A stretch of DNA of 64,000 nt from Emiliania huxleyi CCMP1516 (taxonomy: Eukaryota): positions 372,001 to 436,000 of the forward strand of contig NW_005202427.1 of NCBI RefSeq assembly GCF_000372725.1, in the 5' to 3' direction. Shown here in pieces: positions 1 to 11,208 of this stretch; positions within the stretch are counted from its first letter, which is position 1; every line of letters begins with the position of its first letter. The notes under the pieces are model-generated. The model made no database searches and was not told the origin of the DNA. It saw only the letters and a list, made by a program, of their open reading frames with translations. The position numbers and the translations under genes are program-made.

Positions 1-207
1 CGGAGCAGCATCGGGTTGGTGTCGAACCCGAGCGGGTCCTCCTCCCAGTCCCGAGCCGGGATAGAATTTTGAGGTTAAATGATTTTTCCTGGAGCTTAAG
101 AAAGAAAGAAAACAGCGTCTAAAACTCAAAAAAAAACGCTCACACAGATGCCGGTTCGAGGAACTCTCCGCATCGCTCGCCCGGACCGCACCTGTTCCTC
201 GAGCGCG

Positions 208-3200
208 ATGTCGACCCTGATCGCGCTCATCTGCGTCGCTCCGGCGGCAGCCTTCCGCACGGGCGTGTGGCATCACCCTCCCGACGCGTCAACTTCCTCC
301 TCTCTTTTTCCTCGGGCCGCGACCGCGGCGATGCAGCTCCCGGGGATGGCGCAGGCGGCCACCGCCGCTGCCACGGTGGTGCAGGAGGTGGCCGGCTCGG
401 TTCAGGACGTCGAGGCGCCCGACGCGGACGACAGCTTCGTCGCCATCGACGAGAGCCGCACCGGCCTGGTCGACGAGGAGGGCCTTCCGCTGGTGTATGA
501 CAAGGAGGCGATCCAAAAGTACTGGGAGGGGCAGGGCGGCGCGCTGCAGTCGCGCTGGGCGGAGTTTCTGTCGGTGAGCGTTCCCTTCCTCACGCGCGTG
601 GCGGCGCTCCTCGTCTCGGGCGGCACCGACGCGCTGAACGACTCGGCCTCGGAGCTCGCACGCGACGCCCGAGAGCGGATCCAAAAGTTGGGGCCGACGT
701 ACGTCAAGATGGGACAGATGATGTCGGTGCGGCCCGACATCCTGCCTCAGGCGGCGCTCGACGAGCTCACCATCCTGCAAGACGGCGTCGAGGGCTTCCC
801 CGCTGACGTGGCGCGCGAGATGGTCGAGGAGGAGCTTGGCGCCCCGATCGACGAGTTGTTTTCCGACTTCTCGGCCGAGCCGGCGGCGGCGGCCTCGCTG
901 GCGCAGGTCTTCCGGGCGACGCTCCGCTCGAGCGGCGAGCCCGGCGGCGGTCGACTCGCTCCCCTCGGCTGGAGCCCTCACCGTCGTCGAAGATTGCCCA
1001 CAGGCGAGGCTGTGGCGGTCAAGGTGCAGCGGCCGGGAGTCCAGTCCCTCGTCTCCAAAGACCTGTACGTGCTGCGGCGGGCGGCGGAGGTCTACCAGGG
1101 GCTGGCGAGCCGCCGCTGCCCGCGCCCTCCGCGGTCCGCGCCCAGCGCCAGGGCCGCGCGCGTGTCCCGCGTGTAGGTCGAGCGTTTCGCGCCGCAGCAG
1201 CGCACCGACTACGTCGGCTTGCTCAACGAGTGGGCAGTCGGCTTCTACACGGAGCTGGACTTCAAGAACGAGGCGAGTCGTTCACTCTTTCACTGCAACA
1301 TGCGGTCCTTCTCCGCCTCCGTCTCCTCCTTTTCCTCCGCCGCCGTCTCCTCCGCCGCCGTCTCCTCCTCCTCCCTCTCCACCTCCTCCTTCTCCGCCTC
1401 CTCCGTCTCCGCCTAGCAGCGCGCCGGCAGGCGGCGGGAGAGCTTGGGGCGCGTGTCTCAGGCCGGTGCCGCGCGCCGCGTAGGCGGCGAACATGCAGAC
1501 GATGGCGCGCGGCCTCGCCGAGGCGGGCGTCACCGACGTGGCGGTGCCGCGCGTGTACGAGGCGCTGACGACGCGGCGCGTGCTCGTGAGCGAGTGGATC
1601 GACGGGCGGAAGCTGTCCGAGTGCTCGACCGAGGAGGTCCGCGAGCTCGTCGCCATCGGTCAGGAGTGCTTCCTCGTGCAGCTGCTGCAGACAGGCCCCA
1701 CTCCCTCGCCTCCGCCGCCGGCCCCCGGCAGGGCGCGCCTCGGGCGTCTCGCGGAGCGGCTTCTTTGACCCTTCTCTAGGCTTCTTCCACTCGGACCCGC
1801 ACCCGGGTAACCTGATGCGGCCGCACGACCAGAGCCGTGCGCGGTGCGACTTTCCCCCCTCACCCGCCTGGCCCGCGCCCCGCCCTCTAGCCCAGCGAGG
1901 CCCGAGCGACGCGCACGCCCGCCGAGGAGAAGGAGAAGGCTGTTGCGCGGCGCGACCCGCCCCCCTGCGTGCCTGCCGGCGGGCGCAGGCTCGTGCTGAT
2001 CGACTTTGGTCTGGTCGCGCGCGTGCAGCGCAAGGACCAGGACCTGTTCGTCTCGTCCATCATCCACCTCGCCAACAAGGACTACGCCGCCCTGAGTGAT
2101 TAGAGTCAATGAATAGTTCATTCATCCACCTCGCCAACAAGGACTACGCCGCCCTGAGTACTTAGAGTCAATGAATAGTTCATTCATCCACCTCGCCAAC
2201 AAGGACTACGCCGCCCTGAGTACTTAGAGTCGATGAATAGTTCACTCATCCACCTCGCAAACAAGGACTACGCCGCCCTGAGTGATTAGAGTCAATGAAT
2301 AGTTCATTCATCCACCTCGCAAACAAGGACTACGCCGCCCTGAGTGATTAGAGTCAATGAATAGTTCATTCATCCACCTCGCCAACAAGGACTACGCCGC
2401 CCTGAGTGATTAGAGTCAATGAATAGTTCATTCATCCACCCCGCCAACAAGGACTACGCCGCCCTGAGTGATTAATAGTTAGTTAATTACTAGTTAATTA
2501 CTAGTTAATTAGTTAATTCATCCACCTCGCCAACAAGGACTACGCCGCCCTGAGTAATTAGAGTCAATGAATAGTTCATTCATCCACCTCGCCAACAAGG
2601 ACTACGCCGCCCTGAGTGATTAGAGTCAATGAATAGTTCATTCATCCACCCCGCCAACAAGGACTACGCCGCCCTGAGTGATTAATAGTTAGTTAATTAC
2701 TAGTTAATTACTAGTTAATTAGTTAATTCATCCACCCCGCCAACAAGGACTACGCCGCCCTGATCGACGACTTTGTCGGCCTCGGCATCCTGCCGCCCGA
2801 CTGCAACCGCGCCAAGGTGCTCCCTCTGATGGACAAGGCGCTCTCGCCGTACGTCAAGGGCGGCGGCGCCAAGAAGTATGAGCAGGAGCTCAAGACCCTC
2901 TACGGGATGGACGGCTCGGTCGAGTCCACCGTCGGAGGCTTCCAGGCGATGACCAGCGACATGCTCACCGTGCTCAACGACATCCCCTTCTCCATCCCGC
3001 CGTACTTTGCGTTGCTCGCGCGCGCCGTGGTCACGCTTGAGGGGCTCGCGCTGCAGGCCGTTACTCAATAATTGATTAATGAGCTATTAACGAGCTGAGT
3101 AGCTCACTCGTGGCTCGCGCTTGCAGGCCGACCCAGACTACGGCCTCGTCCTCGAGGCGTACCCCTTCGTCGCGCGCAAGCTGCTCTCCTCCGACCGGCC

Positions 3201-4223
3201 CGAGCTGCAAAAGGCGCCGCACCAGGGCTTCGGCGGCGGCGGCGACCCGGGCGGGTCCACCGACACGCCCAGGGCGCGTCGCATAGGCGCTGCAGGAGGT
3301 GCTCTACGGCGGCGGCGACCCCGCCCTCAAGGGGGTGGTGACGCCGACGCGGCTCGCCGCCCTCGTCAACTCGGCCGCCGGAGTCGTCGCGCGGCAGGAG
3401 GGCGCCGCTTTCGTCGACCTCGACGCGGTGCCGGACGAGGGCCTCACGCCCGCCGCCGCCGCCGCTTTCGTGCTCTCGCCGGACGCGGCCTCGATCCGCG
3501 CCCTCCTCGCCGACGAGGCGGCCGGCGCCTCCGACTTGCTGCTGCGGCAAGCCCTTCGCAAGGCGGTGCCGCTCGTTGCCGCTGCGCTACCGCAGCCGCC
3601 GCGCCTCCCGTTCCTGCCGCCGCCGCCCGAGCCGCTCGAGCTGCCCGTCCCGCTGCCGCCGCGCGCGGGCGCCGCCACGGGCGGGGGGGTGCCGCTGCCG
3701 TCGCTCACCTCCGCGCGCGCCCTGCTCGACGCGCTGGCGCCGCCCCTCTCGCGCGACGAGGAGCTCTATGCCCTCTCGCTCGTCGACTGATCACTAGCTA
3801 ATTCCTAGCGAATTACTAGCTAATTAATAGGAGCTCTATGCCCTCTCGCTCGTCGACTTGCTCAAGTCGACCCTCGGCGAGGAGGCGGCCGCCCTCGCGG
3901 CGGGGGACTTGTCGCAGGACCCCGTCGCGGCCGCGCGCGCCGCGAGGCCCATCCTCGCCGCCGCACTCGAGGCGCAGGGCCCCGCCGCCGCCGACTCAGC
4001 CGTGGCGCGCCTCGCGCGCGCGGCGCTGCAGCTGCTCGAGACGGTCGACGCGCTGCCGTTCGGCGGCGGCGGCCGCGCAGGGGCGGACAGGGGCGCCGAC
4101 CCGCTCCGGGAGGTGCTCGCCGGCGTGAGCGACACCGAGCGGGCCGTGCTGCAGGAGGAGCTCGACCGACTCGCTGGCCGGCTGCGCGAGCGGCTCGAGG
4201 AGCGGCTGGCGGCGGTTCAGTGA
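208..4223 (+). CDS. ABC1/UbiB-family atypical protein kinase (ABC1K), probably plastid-targeted; multi-exon
   Basis: Motifs across exons: LGPTYVKMGQMMSVRPDILP, AAASLAQVFRA, VAVKVQRP, ELDFKNEA, VLVSEWIDG, FFHSDPHPGNL, LVLIDFGL, FSIPPYFALLARAVVTLEG. N-terminal signal-like MSTLIALICVAPAAAF. Inferred introns include 935-1003, 1105-1176, 1273-1483, 1695-1779, 1844-1988, 2080-2747, 3057-3126 and 3761-3830. Confidence 0.9.
2060..2763 (+). repeat. Intronic tandem array: 11 copies of a 36-bp exon-derived repeat separated by AT-rich fillers
   Basis: TCATCCACCTCGCCAACAAGGACTACGCCGCCCTGA recurs with a 62-bp period (8 units) or an 86-bp period (2 units). Removing 668 bp restores IIHLANKDYAALIDDF. Confidence 0.95.
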
Positions 4224-4528
4224 GAGAGTACGCACGGGGAACAAAGGGTGTGTGTGGTACTGATTATCCTATTCCTATTCCGCGTATTTGTCCTACACCA
4301 AACATGCAAACAAATATATCATATATGTATGTAAAAGGGAATGTGCAGTCGAGGAGGGGAAAGAGGGGGACGAGCGGCCCATCCCCAAGCTGAGGTGCGG
4401 GGACGGAAGGCGGCCAAATCCGAGCGGCCCCTTGCGCGGCGACGCGTGGGGGGGCTCCTGCCACGGTCCTGCTCGGGCCGGGCGGGCGGGCGCCTGAGGC
4501 CTGAAGTGCATGGGCGACTACGTGGTAG

Positions 4529-4660
4529 TGATCTGTGATCTGTAAGGGTCCGCCCGCAGGCGCATTTTGTATACCGAGGCGGTGCCCGGTGCCGAGCGCA
4601 GGCAGAGCCCACAGGTCGGACCTTAAGACAGCATTGTAGATCCCTGGGCGAGGGTGGTGG
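4529..4660. repeat. Dispersed repeat family A (probable retroelement end)
   Basis: TGATCTGTGATCTGTAAGGGTCCGCCCGCAGG...GATCCCTGGGCGAGGGTGGTGG is also at 22733-22849; a diverged partial copy lies at about 43681-43753. Confidence 0.8.
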
Positions 4661-6249
4661 AGAGGGCGGCCCGTCGGCGCCACAAACCACCTCCCACCGA
4701 GGCGGGCAGGTTCCACGCGTTCCCGGACCGCCCCGTTGGAGGTAGACCGCTCGTCTAGCCAATCAGCCTTAAGCGAGCGGTCTGGCCGTTGGAATGGCCG
4801 AGGTTGGTGGACTTGCGTCCTCGCATCGATCATGGTTTTACGAGCATTGTTAAGTTCCACTACGATCTATGAACACTGGGCGAGGGACCTTCTTAGTTGT
4901 CCGGGCCTGCTTTGCAGGCTCGGCCGTTCAGAAATTTTCCCTCACCCCTCCTCCTCTTCGCCTCTTGCTGCGGTCTTTCTCTCGTATGACTTTTGATCCC
5001 CCGATTTTCTTGCCGATCCCTCCATTCGTTTGCGTAGGCGCTGCTTCTGGGCTTTCGTCACCGGCTCTCCATCCTCTCCATGCTGTTTGCTCGCCCCCTC
5101 TCCCTGACTCATCGAATCACTCCGTTCGTTCTCAAGTCGCCCCCGCTTCCTCGGCGGCTGGGGCGCCTCGTCCTCTGGCTGTTCCTCTTCTACGTCCATC
5201 ACTGTAAACTCGTCGTCTGCCTGGCTGCCTGGTAGTAGAGAGCAGGGCTGCGGGCTCACCTCACGCGCCGCCGCACGCGGCACGCGCCGAGAAGGCGGCG
5301 GAGAGGCAGAAGGCGGAGCGCCGCGCCAGCGGCAAGGCATTATCTGCCACCGCGCCGCGGTCAACGGGATGGAAGGAGACCGGGTAGCGGTCGAGTGGAA
5401 GATGGACGAGGGGGAGCTCTTTCACGAATGCCTCGCCAGGGCGAGGCGGGAAGGCCAATAGGCCATCCATTAAACTGTTGGCGAGGTTAGTATGTGCACA
5501 GCCTGTCCAGCGAGAAAGAACAGATCAGAAAGGAAGGTGCTCGCAAAATCGCCGCCCTCAACATGTAGGTAAGCGCCTTGCGTCAGCGGTGGTGCTCGCA
5601 AAAATAGGAATCAAAGTCCCCGCGCTCTTTGATTATAGACCGAGGGAAGAGGCGGGGCGCCAACTTAGGTGCTCGTCCACAGCCAGACGCTCGACCACTC
5701 CGCTCACGCGCTCGCACCGATGCTCGCCGCCGGCACCTCCAGTGCGCGGTCGCTGCCGCGTCCACGGTCGCTGCCGCGTCGGCGCGAGCCGCGCCGCCAA
5801 AGGCCGTCAAGCTGAAGAAGCGCCCTCGAGCCGGCAGCGACGACGATGAATGGGCACCACCGGCAGGGGCGGCAGGTGGTCTCGAGCGTGCCACCGAAGC
5901 GTACATCGCGCGCGCCGTTGCCGACGCTGCGGGCGTGAACGTCAGAGGCCGGCCCAAGCGGCAGGCCGCGATCGAGGCCGTGGCCAAAGCAGACCTCTGC
6001 CAGTGGCAAGACGAGAGCCTGAGCGACAGTGCAGCGCAGTGCCTGTCTGCTGTGGCCACGGCCTTCATCCTCTGTCTCGTCGAGGATTGACGAGTGACTG
6101 GCCGCAAGCCGCCAGGGTCTTATTAGCGTCCCATCGTGTTATGTCTCTGTGTCCTTCCGCCCTCGTTCGTGGGGACGGCTTCAAGCCGCGCGCGATACCA
6201 TATGACTGACATGTCGAGGTACTTACTCTCTCCCTTAGATATAGCTCGT

Positions 6250-6355
6250 ACTTGGAGCACTTGGAGTGCAGTTGGCAACCGCACACACAGGGCCGGGGAG
6301 CTAAGTAGCGCACCCAGCGGGCCAGATGATTGGCATCGGGCTACGGGCAAGAGAG
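6250..6355. repeat. Dispersed repeat family B
   Basis: TTGGAGCACTTGGAGTGC...CCCAGCGGGCC...GGGCAAGAG is also at about 38237-38338; a short reverse-complement piece lies at about 29743-29770. Confidence 0.75.
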
Positions 6356-6560
6356 ACACAGTACACAGACATATACACCCCAGTTCTCACATATGTGTTG
6401 TATAAGTTTTTTTTGCAACGATGTGCTGTTGTTTAAAACGTCGGTGGCGGCGGGGGGCGGCGGCCGCATCAATCGGCCACGAGCTCGAGCAAGCTTCGTA
6501 TGAGAATAGTTATGCTTGCACACAGCAGTGACATTCTTGCACGCAGCGTACCGCAGACGC

Positions 6561-7520
6561 TCATGAAGTCGAGCGATCTTTCATCCAATCCACGACTTGT
6601 GTGTTGCACTCGTGAGCCAGAGTCGGCAGAGAATGGCCCGAGACCTTCAAAAACGTGGTGTTTGCAAAGAGCCCACACAGCTGCTCTGTATCGGCGAAAG
6701 GCACAATGAAGTCATTCTCATCAGCGGTGACGAGGAGCGGGAATGGCTCCGGGTAAGCCATCTCGTCCTTCGGCAAGTCCTTGGGGACGCTCTCGGGCGC
6801 GTAAGAAGTGCCTGGTGTGGAGTGAGAGCAGGGCTCGTGGGCCGACTTGAACTGGGGATGCAAGTTTAGCTCGCGACAAAACACGTCGTAGTTTGGGGCT
6901 CCGCTGCAGATGACTCCGAACTTGAAATCCAAAACCGGCGCCAGCGCCAGCGCCGCCTGCAGCGTGCGCTCCACACACCTCTGCGAGATCTCGTCGTCCG
7001 CGGAGTTTCGGTTCAGATTGAACCGTGCTTCCACGCGTTTTTTTAGCTCGCCGTCGCGCTGTTGCAAGAGCTGCAGCGGCACCAGGATGGAGGTGAGAAA
7101 CCCGCCCATCGAGAACCCCAGCACCCCGTCGAACGGACCCCGCGTCTCGATCAGGTCCTTCAAAAACTTGAAGGTCTCGTCCATCTCTTCGTTGAGAATT
7201 CCAGTCACGATCTCTTCTTCAGTGCCGTAGCCTTGCTTCAGCACCTTCACGTCTCGAAACGGCTCTCCGATCAGGGGCTGCCCGGGGTAGTAGACGCCCC
7301 CGAAGCTGGTCCACCAACGGCGGTAGTCCCCGCCGGCTCCCAGCATCTGCAGTACGGGCGGTGGCGCACTCACTGAGACGAACTCGAAACGAGACTTGAT
7401 GCTCTCCTGCCCAAAGCTGGAGTTATTCACCGTCTCCTCCATGCCGGGCCCACTCTGGTACAGCCCGTGCAGGCATAGAACACGCAGACGACGGCTGCCG
7501 TCTGCACTTTCTGCCGACAT
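6561..7520 (-). CDS. FSH1/OVCA2-like serine hydrolase (alpha/beta hydrolase), intronless
   Basis: LRVLCLHGLYQSG, nucleophile elbow GPFDGVLGFSMGG, C-terminal D (NDFIVP) and H (SGHSLP). Confidence 0.85.
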   Translation of the reverse strand: MSAESADGSRRLRVLCLHGLYQSGPGMEETVNNSSFGQESIKSRFEFVSVSAPPPVLQMLGAGGDYRRWWTSFGGVYYPGQPLIGEPFRDVKVLKQGYGTEEEIVTGILNEEMDETFKFLKDLIETRGPFDGVLGFSMGGFLTSILVPLQLLQQRDGELKKRVEARFNLNRNSADDEISQRCVERTLQAALALAPVLDFKFGVICSGAPNYDVFCRELNLHPQFKSAHEPCSHSTPGTSYAPESVPKDLPKDEMAYPEPFPLLVTADENDFIVPFADTEQLCGLFANTTFLKVSGHSLPTLAHECNTQVVDWMKDRSTS

Positions 7521-7559
7521 GATGTCCGTACCCGTGCCGTGTATAGCTCCCCGCGTGTG

Positions 7560-8240
7560 GACGCATTTTTTGGAAACGACTCTTGAGCTCGACCCAAGCG
7601 GAAGTTTCCGGACGAGACTCAAGAACGTTAATGAGGGCTGCGAGACGGCACCGCGAGTATGGCGCTACCATCGTTGGGATAGCTTCACATGCGCTAAAAT
7701 GAAGGCGGGCATCGTGGTTGGATGCCTGCTCAAGGTGGTCGCGATGGCAAGCGATGACGAGGGATTCGCACTCAGCGTGACGAGCAAGCTCAGGGAGTTT
7801 ACGGCGCTCGGATACCCTTCGCACGTGCTTAATGGGGCGATCGGGCGCACGTTTGCTCGGACGAAAGACGAGCGGCTCCTACGAGCAAGAATATGTTCGC
7901 ACTGGTGAAGGCCAGGCGAGCCAAAAAGACAAAAAAGACTTATCTAAGCATGTCGGAGAACCGTCCAAAGGCGGGTGCAGTCGACCAAGGGACATGATCT
8001 GTCGACAGCACGAATTTGTGATTGGACACCATCGGGACCCAACAGTGCGATACTTGGCTATCGCACTGTTGACGTACCGGCGGCTAAGGCCGAGTAGCCG
8101 GTGTTCACAGAGCTCTGTGAACACCGGCGAGAGATTTTTTCTCTCGACGTTTCTTCTGCGAAGAAACGTTCAAACACTCGGTGTCGAAACACCTCTCCGA
8201 CGCGCTCGACTATAGTCTGCACACGAAACGCGTATCGGGC
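7560..8240 (+). mobile_element. Penelope-like retroelement remnant (RT C-terminus/thumb plus structured 3' region), copy 1
   Basis: HFLETTL...FRTRLK...YHRWDSF...KAGIVVGCL...ASDD..F....KLREF..LGYP resembles the PLE RT thumb. Stop at 7908. A second copy lies at about 54690-55200. Confidence 0.65.
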
Positions 8241-8280
8241 GCGTGTTCGAGACGGACCCTTCAACTTACTGTGTGTCTTT

Positions 8281-8375
8281 CGGCTCCGGTGGTGTGCCTG
8301 TGATATAGTACTAGTACGCGCCAGTTCGCACCTGTGTCGAGCCTGTCTGCTGTGAGACAGACTTGTTTTGTTCAA
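8281..8375 (-). repeat. Dispersed repeat family C (uninterrupted copy)
   Basis: The reverse complement TCTCACAGCAGACAGGCTCGACACAGGTGCGAACTGGCGCG...CACCACCGGAGCCG matches 62209-62330. Related segments lie at about 8695-8815, 31445-31510 and 45889-45940. Confidence 0.75.
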
Positions 8376-8490
8376 AGTCTTTCCGCCCTTCTTCGGAGAG
8401 GGGGTTGTGCTTAGGCCCCTAAGGGCCCTACGCGCGGCGTGAGAGCTCGGAAGTCTCCCAATGTATCCTCATAATGAATGCTTGGAACGT

Positions 8491-8612
8491 AAAAAAGAAA
8501 GAAAGAAAACAGACAACCCAAGGGAGGGATGGGAGGACGGCACGCCGCCACCACACACACAGGGATTTTAAGGAGAGGGGTGTGGTGCGCAAGCCGTCGC
8601 CCACCCTTGGGC
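8491..8612 (-). mobile_element. 3' end of (TTTC)n-tailed LINE family
   Basis: Reverse complement of the 3' UTR and tail seen at 62100-62209. Confidence 0.8.
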
Positions 8613-9817
8613 GTCCGCCTCTTCCTACTCGCAGAATGTGGGTAAACGAAAGTAGCGTATACGCTACTATGAATGAAGAATTCTTAAGATACAAGCCTCT
8701 CTCACAGCACACTGGCACGACAAGGGCGCAGACTGGCGCGGACTGGCACACACACAGGCTCACCACCGGAGCCGCCTAAGCGACTCCGTTAAGAACGGCA
8801 ATGCACTCCGCACCATGCCAACAATATACCTACATGCACTCCGCACCATGCACAAGAATGAAGAAGCCGAAAAAACACGCCGGAGACAACTGAGGCAGCC
8901 AGCTGCCGGCTCGCACGGCAGCCTCTTCCTCTCGACCAGCCTCAACTTCCGTACAGTCAGCATTTTGTCGCTGCGTGCTCGTGGCCAGCTGTGGCGGCGG
9001 TCGAAGTTCGCCCAGATTCGGTGACGAGCGCCAGACGATAGTAGTGTCTCTGTTCGCCCTGTGCATGTCAGGCCAGGCTGCAGCAGGGCACTACCATCGT
9101 GCTGCCCTGTTGCAGCCTGACTTTGCCCACTGTGCACAGTCGCCAGAGCACCACCACCGCCCGGCATCGTGTCACGGCGAGCTCCTTCTGCGCCCGCTCG
9201 CGAGGCTCTCGCGCTGGCACACTTTGGCCATCTGCTGCTCGCGTTCGGCGAGCTCATCTCCGCACTCCTGCCACGGTGCCGTCACCACACACCTTCTGGC
9301 CGGCCTGAGCCGCGCGGGGTCGCCAGCGGGGGCAACGCGTCGACCTCTCTCTCTGGTGCACCACGGGCCGCAACGGCCTGCTAGCCGCGTGCGCGAGGAG
9401 GCAGTGTGCCGGCACAGTCGAGCCGGAGCATCGGGTTCTGGATGCTTGTGGGGTCAAGTCTGACCTTATGCGGCCTAATATGCAATAATAATGCTATGCT
9501 CTCACCCAGTCTGTTGAGATATTATCCCTCAAAGTCGAATTTTCGTTTACTGGTGACCATAGTAGTGTCTGTCTTGTTTGCGAGATCTTCAAACGAATCC
9601 CTTAAAGTCTCGACAATCACTAAGCTGCTTATGTGGCACCGCAGAGGCTCCCTTGGGGATGCCTGAGGCCACCCCAACCACACACTAAGCCGTACGTAGA
9701 CGAATTGGGCGCTACTTTTTTCGTTTACCCACATTATGCGAGTATCTCTCTTCGCATTCTCTCTCCGATTCTCGCTGCAACCTTCGTGCCACCTCGCGGT
9801 CGCCCTCTTCAATGCTT

Positions 9818-9900
9818 AGTAGGTAGGTAGGTAGAAAGGTGAAGAACAGCCAGGCTCGGACTGGACACCAACGCGGTATGGGTGGACGCTAGACAGATGA
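9818..9900 (-). mobile_element. (CTAC)n-tailed retroelement 3' end
   Basis: Reverse-complement match to about 56173-56260, which ends in (CTAC)n. It is preceded at about 9738-9808 by a fragment of the TTTC-LINE. Confidence 0.65.
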
Positions 9901-9954
9901 ATGCTTGGAACGTGAAGCGTAGCAGCCGCGCTGGTATTCTCGCAATCGAGCAGA

Positions 9955-11208
9955 ATGGCGCGAGAAGCACACCAGCTACGCGACAGCCTCCTCGCGGATC
10001 ATGGGCCGATGCTGCGCGGCCTGCTGTCGCGGCCGTCCAAGAGCAGCTGCGAGAAGATGCGTCTCTTCCGCGAGCGCGTCGCCGGCGCGCTCTCCACGCT
10101 CGAGGCGGCGGAAGAGAGCCTTCCCGCGCTGGCCGAGCTGCAGCAGCTGCGCGAGTTCCTCGACGACCTCGCGCGGAAAAACGAGGCCGCCAAGCAAAAG
10201 GCGGCGGCCGCCAAGGCCGCCGCCAACCACCAGTACGCTCCTCCGCCGGCGGCCACCAGCAGCAGCGAGGCTCCGCTGCCCACCGGCGGGAAGCAGAGCC
10301 GGGCCGAGGAGGAGAATGCCTCCGGCGCGGCGGGCGCGAGTAGCATGCTCTCCATCCTGACTAAGCGCCCGCGCGCCGGCAGCGCCGAGGAGGAGGTGGC
10401 CAGCTCGCTGGCAAGCGTCATGTACGTACATGGCGACGCGCGCGAGCCGTCGGCGGGGGCAGTGGAGGAGCTGCTCTCGCACGTCGCGGCGTGGCTCTCG
10501 CGCGTCCTTCCACTGGTGCGGCGGCCCGAGGGCGGCATCGCCTTCGAGCGGCTGGTCGAGCTCTTCCCGCTCGAGGCGGCGAGGCACGCGTCGCTGCTCG
10601 CGGCGGCGCGCAAGCAGGCGAGCGCGGATGCGGAGTCGGACCCGTCGAGCAGCCACGCGCTGCTGGGCGACGAGGTGGAGGAGCGCGAGGCGAGCGACGA
10701 CGCCGGCGCGGAGCCGGAGGCCGCGGACGAGGCGGCAGGGGCGGGCGGCGAGGCGGTGGCGGCCGTCGCGGGCTCGAACGAGTCGGAGCGGCGGCGCTTT
10801 GCCGACGAGCGGACGGGGCGGATGGACCTGGCCGAGTACGACAAGTACCACGCCCGCCGGCGCGCCTCCGGCCTCGGCACCGGCGCCTTCCAGCGCTGGT
10901 GCTGCGGCCGGTGGGGCCTCGGCGGCGGAGGGGGCAGAGTGAGCAAGGCCTTCTCGCTGCTGGGCTGGCTGGCGAGGATGCGCGCGGCGGAGGTGGTGGA
11001 GGAGGCGAATCGCGCGGCGCACGGCGGCGCGCTGACTGAGGTGGGCGAGGGCGCGCCGCTCTCGCGCGAGCGGTACGCCGCAGCGGCGCGCGCAGCGTCA
11101 GAGCTGGGCGTGGGGAGGGACGACAACCCGAGCGGGGCCGCGGCGCGGTCGGCGGTCAGGGTGGGCGAGGATGATGGAGGAGCTCAAGGAGGGCCGCGCC
11201 CGTTGTGA
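9955..11208 (+). CDS. Spt3/SUPT3H-like histone-fold protein (SAGA subunit-like)
   Basis: VMYVHGDAREPS..AVEEL and RRRFADERTGRMDLAEYDKYHARRRAS...FQRW parallel the Spt3 motifs MMYxxGxxxEP and RxxxADERTxxMTxEEYxxxxxxRQAS. Confidence 0.65.
   Translation: MAREAHQLRDSLLADHGPMLRGLLSRPSKSSCEKMRLFRERVAGALSTLEAAEESLPALAELQQLREFLDDLARKNEAAKQKAAAAKAAANHQYAPPPAATSSSEAPLPTGGKQSRAEEENASGAAGASSMLSILTKRPRAGSAEEEVASSLASVMYVHGDAREPSAGAVEELLSHVAAWLSRVLPLVRRPEGGIAFERLVELFPLEAARHASLLAAARKQASADAESDPSSSHALLGDEVEEREASDDAGAEPEAADEAAGAGGEAVAAVAGSNESERRRFADERTGRMDLAEYDKYHARRRASGLGTGAFQRWCCGRWGLGGGGGRVSKAFSLLGWLARMRAAEVVEEANRAAHGGALTEVGEGAPLSRERYAAAARAASELGVGRDDNPSGAAARSAVRVGEDDGGAQGGPRPL

Noticed and set aside
2060..2763. 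CRISPR-like geometry (36-bp repeats, 26-50-bp spacers)
   Set aside because: Spacers are near-identical, the repeat is host exon sequence, no cas genes are present, and the context is eukaryotic.
5629..6090. Possible coding exon with a histone-fold-like tail
   Set aside because: Resemblance too weak and no supportable gene structure.
8160..8240. Hammerhead ribozyme in the PLE-like 3' region
   Set aside because: GAAAC is present but no correctly placed CUGANGA core was found in either copy.
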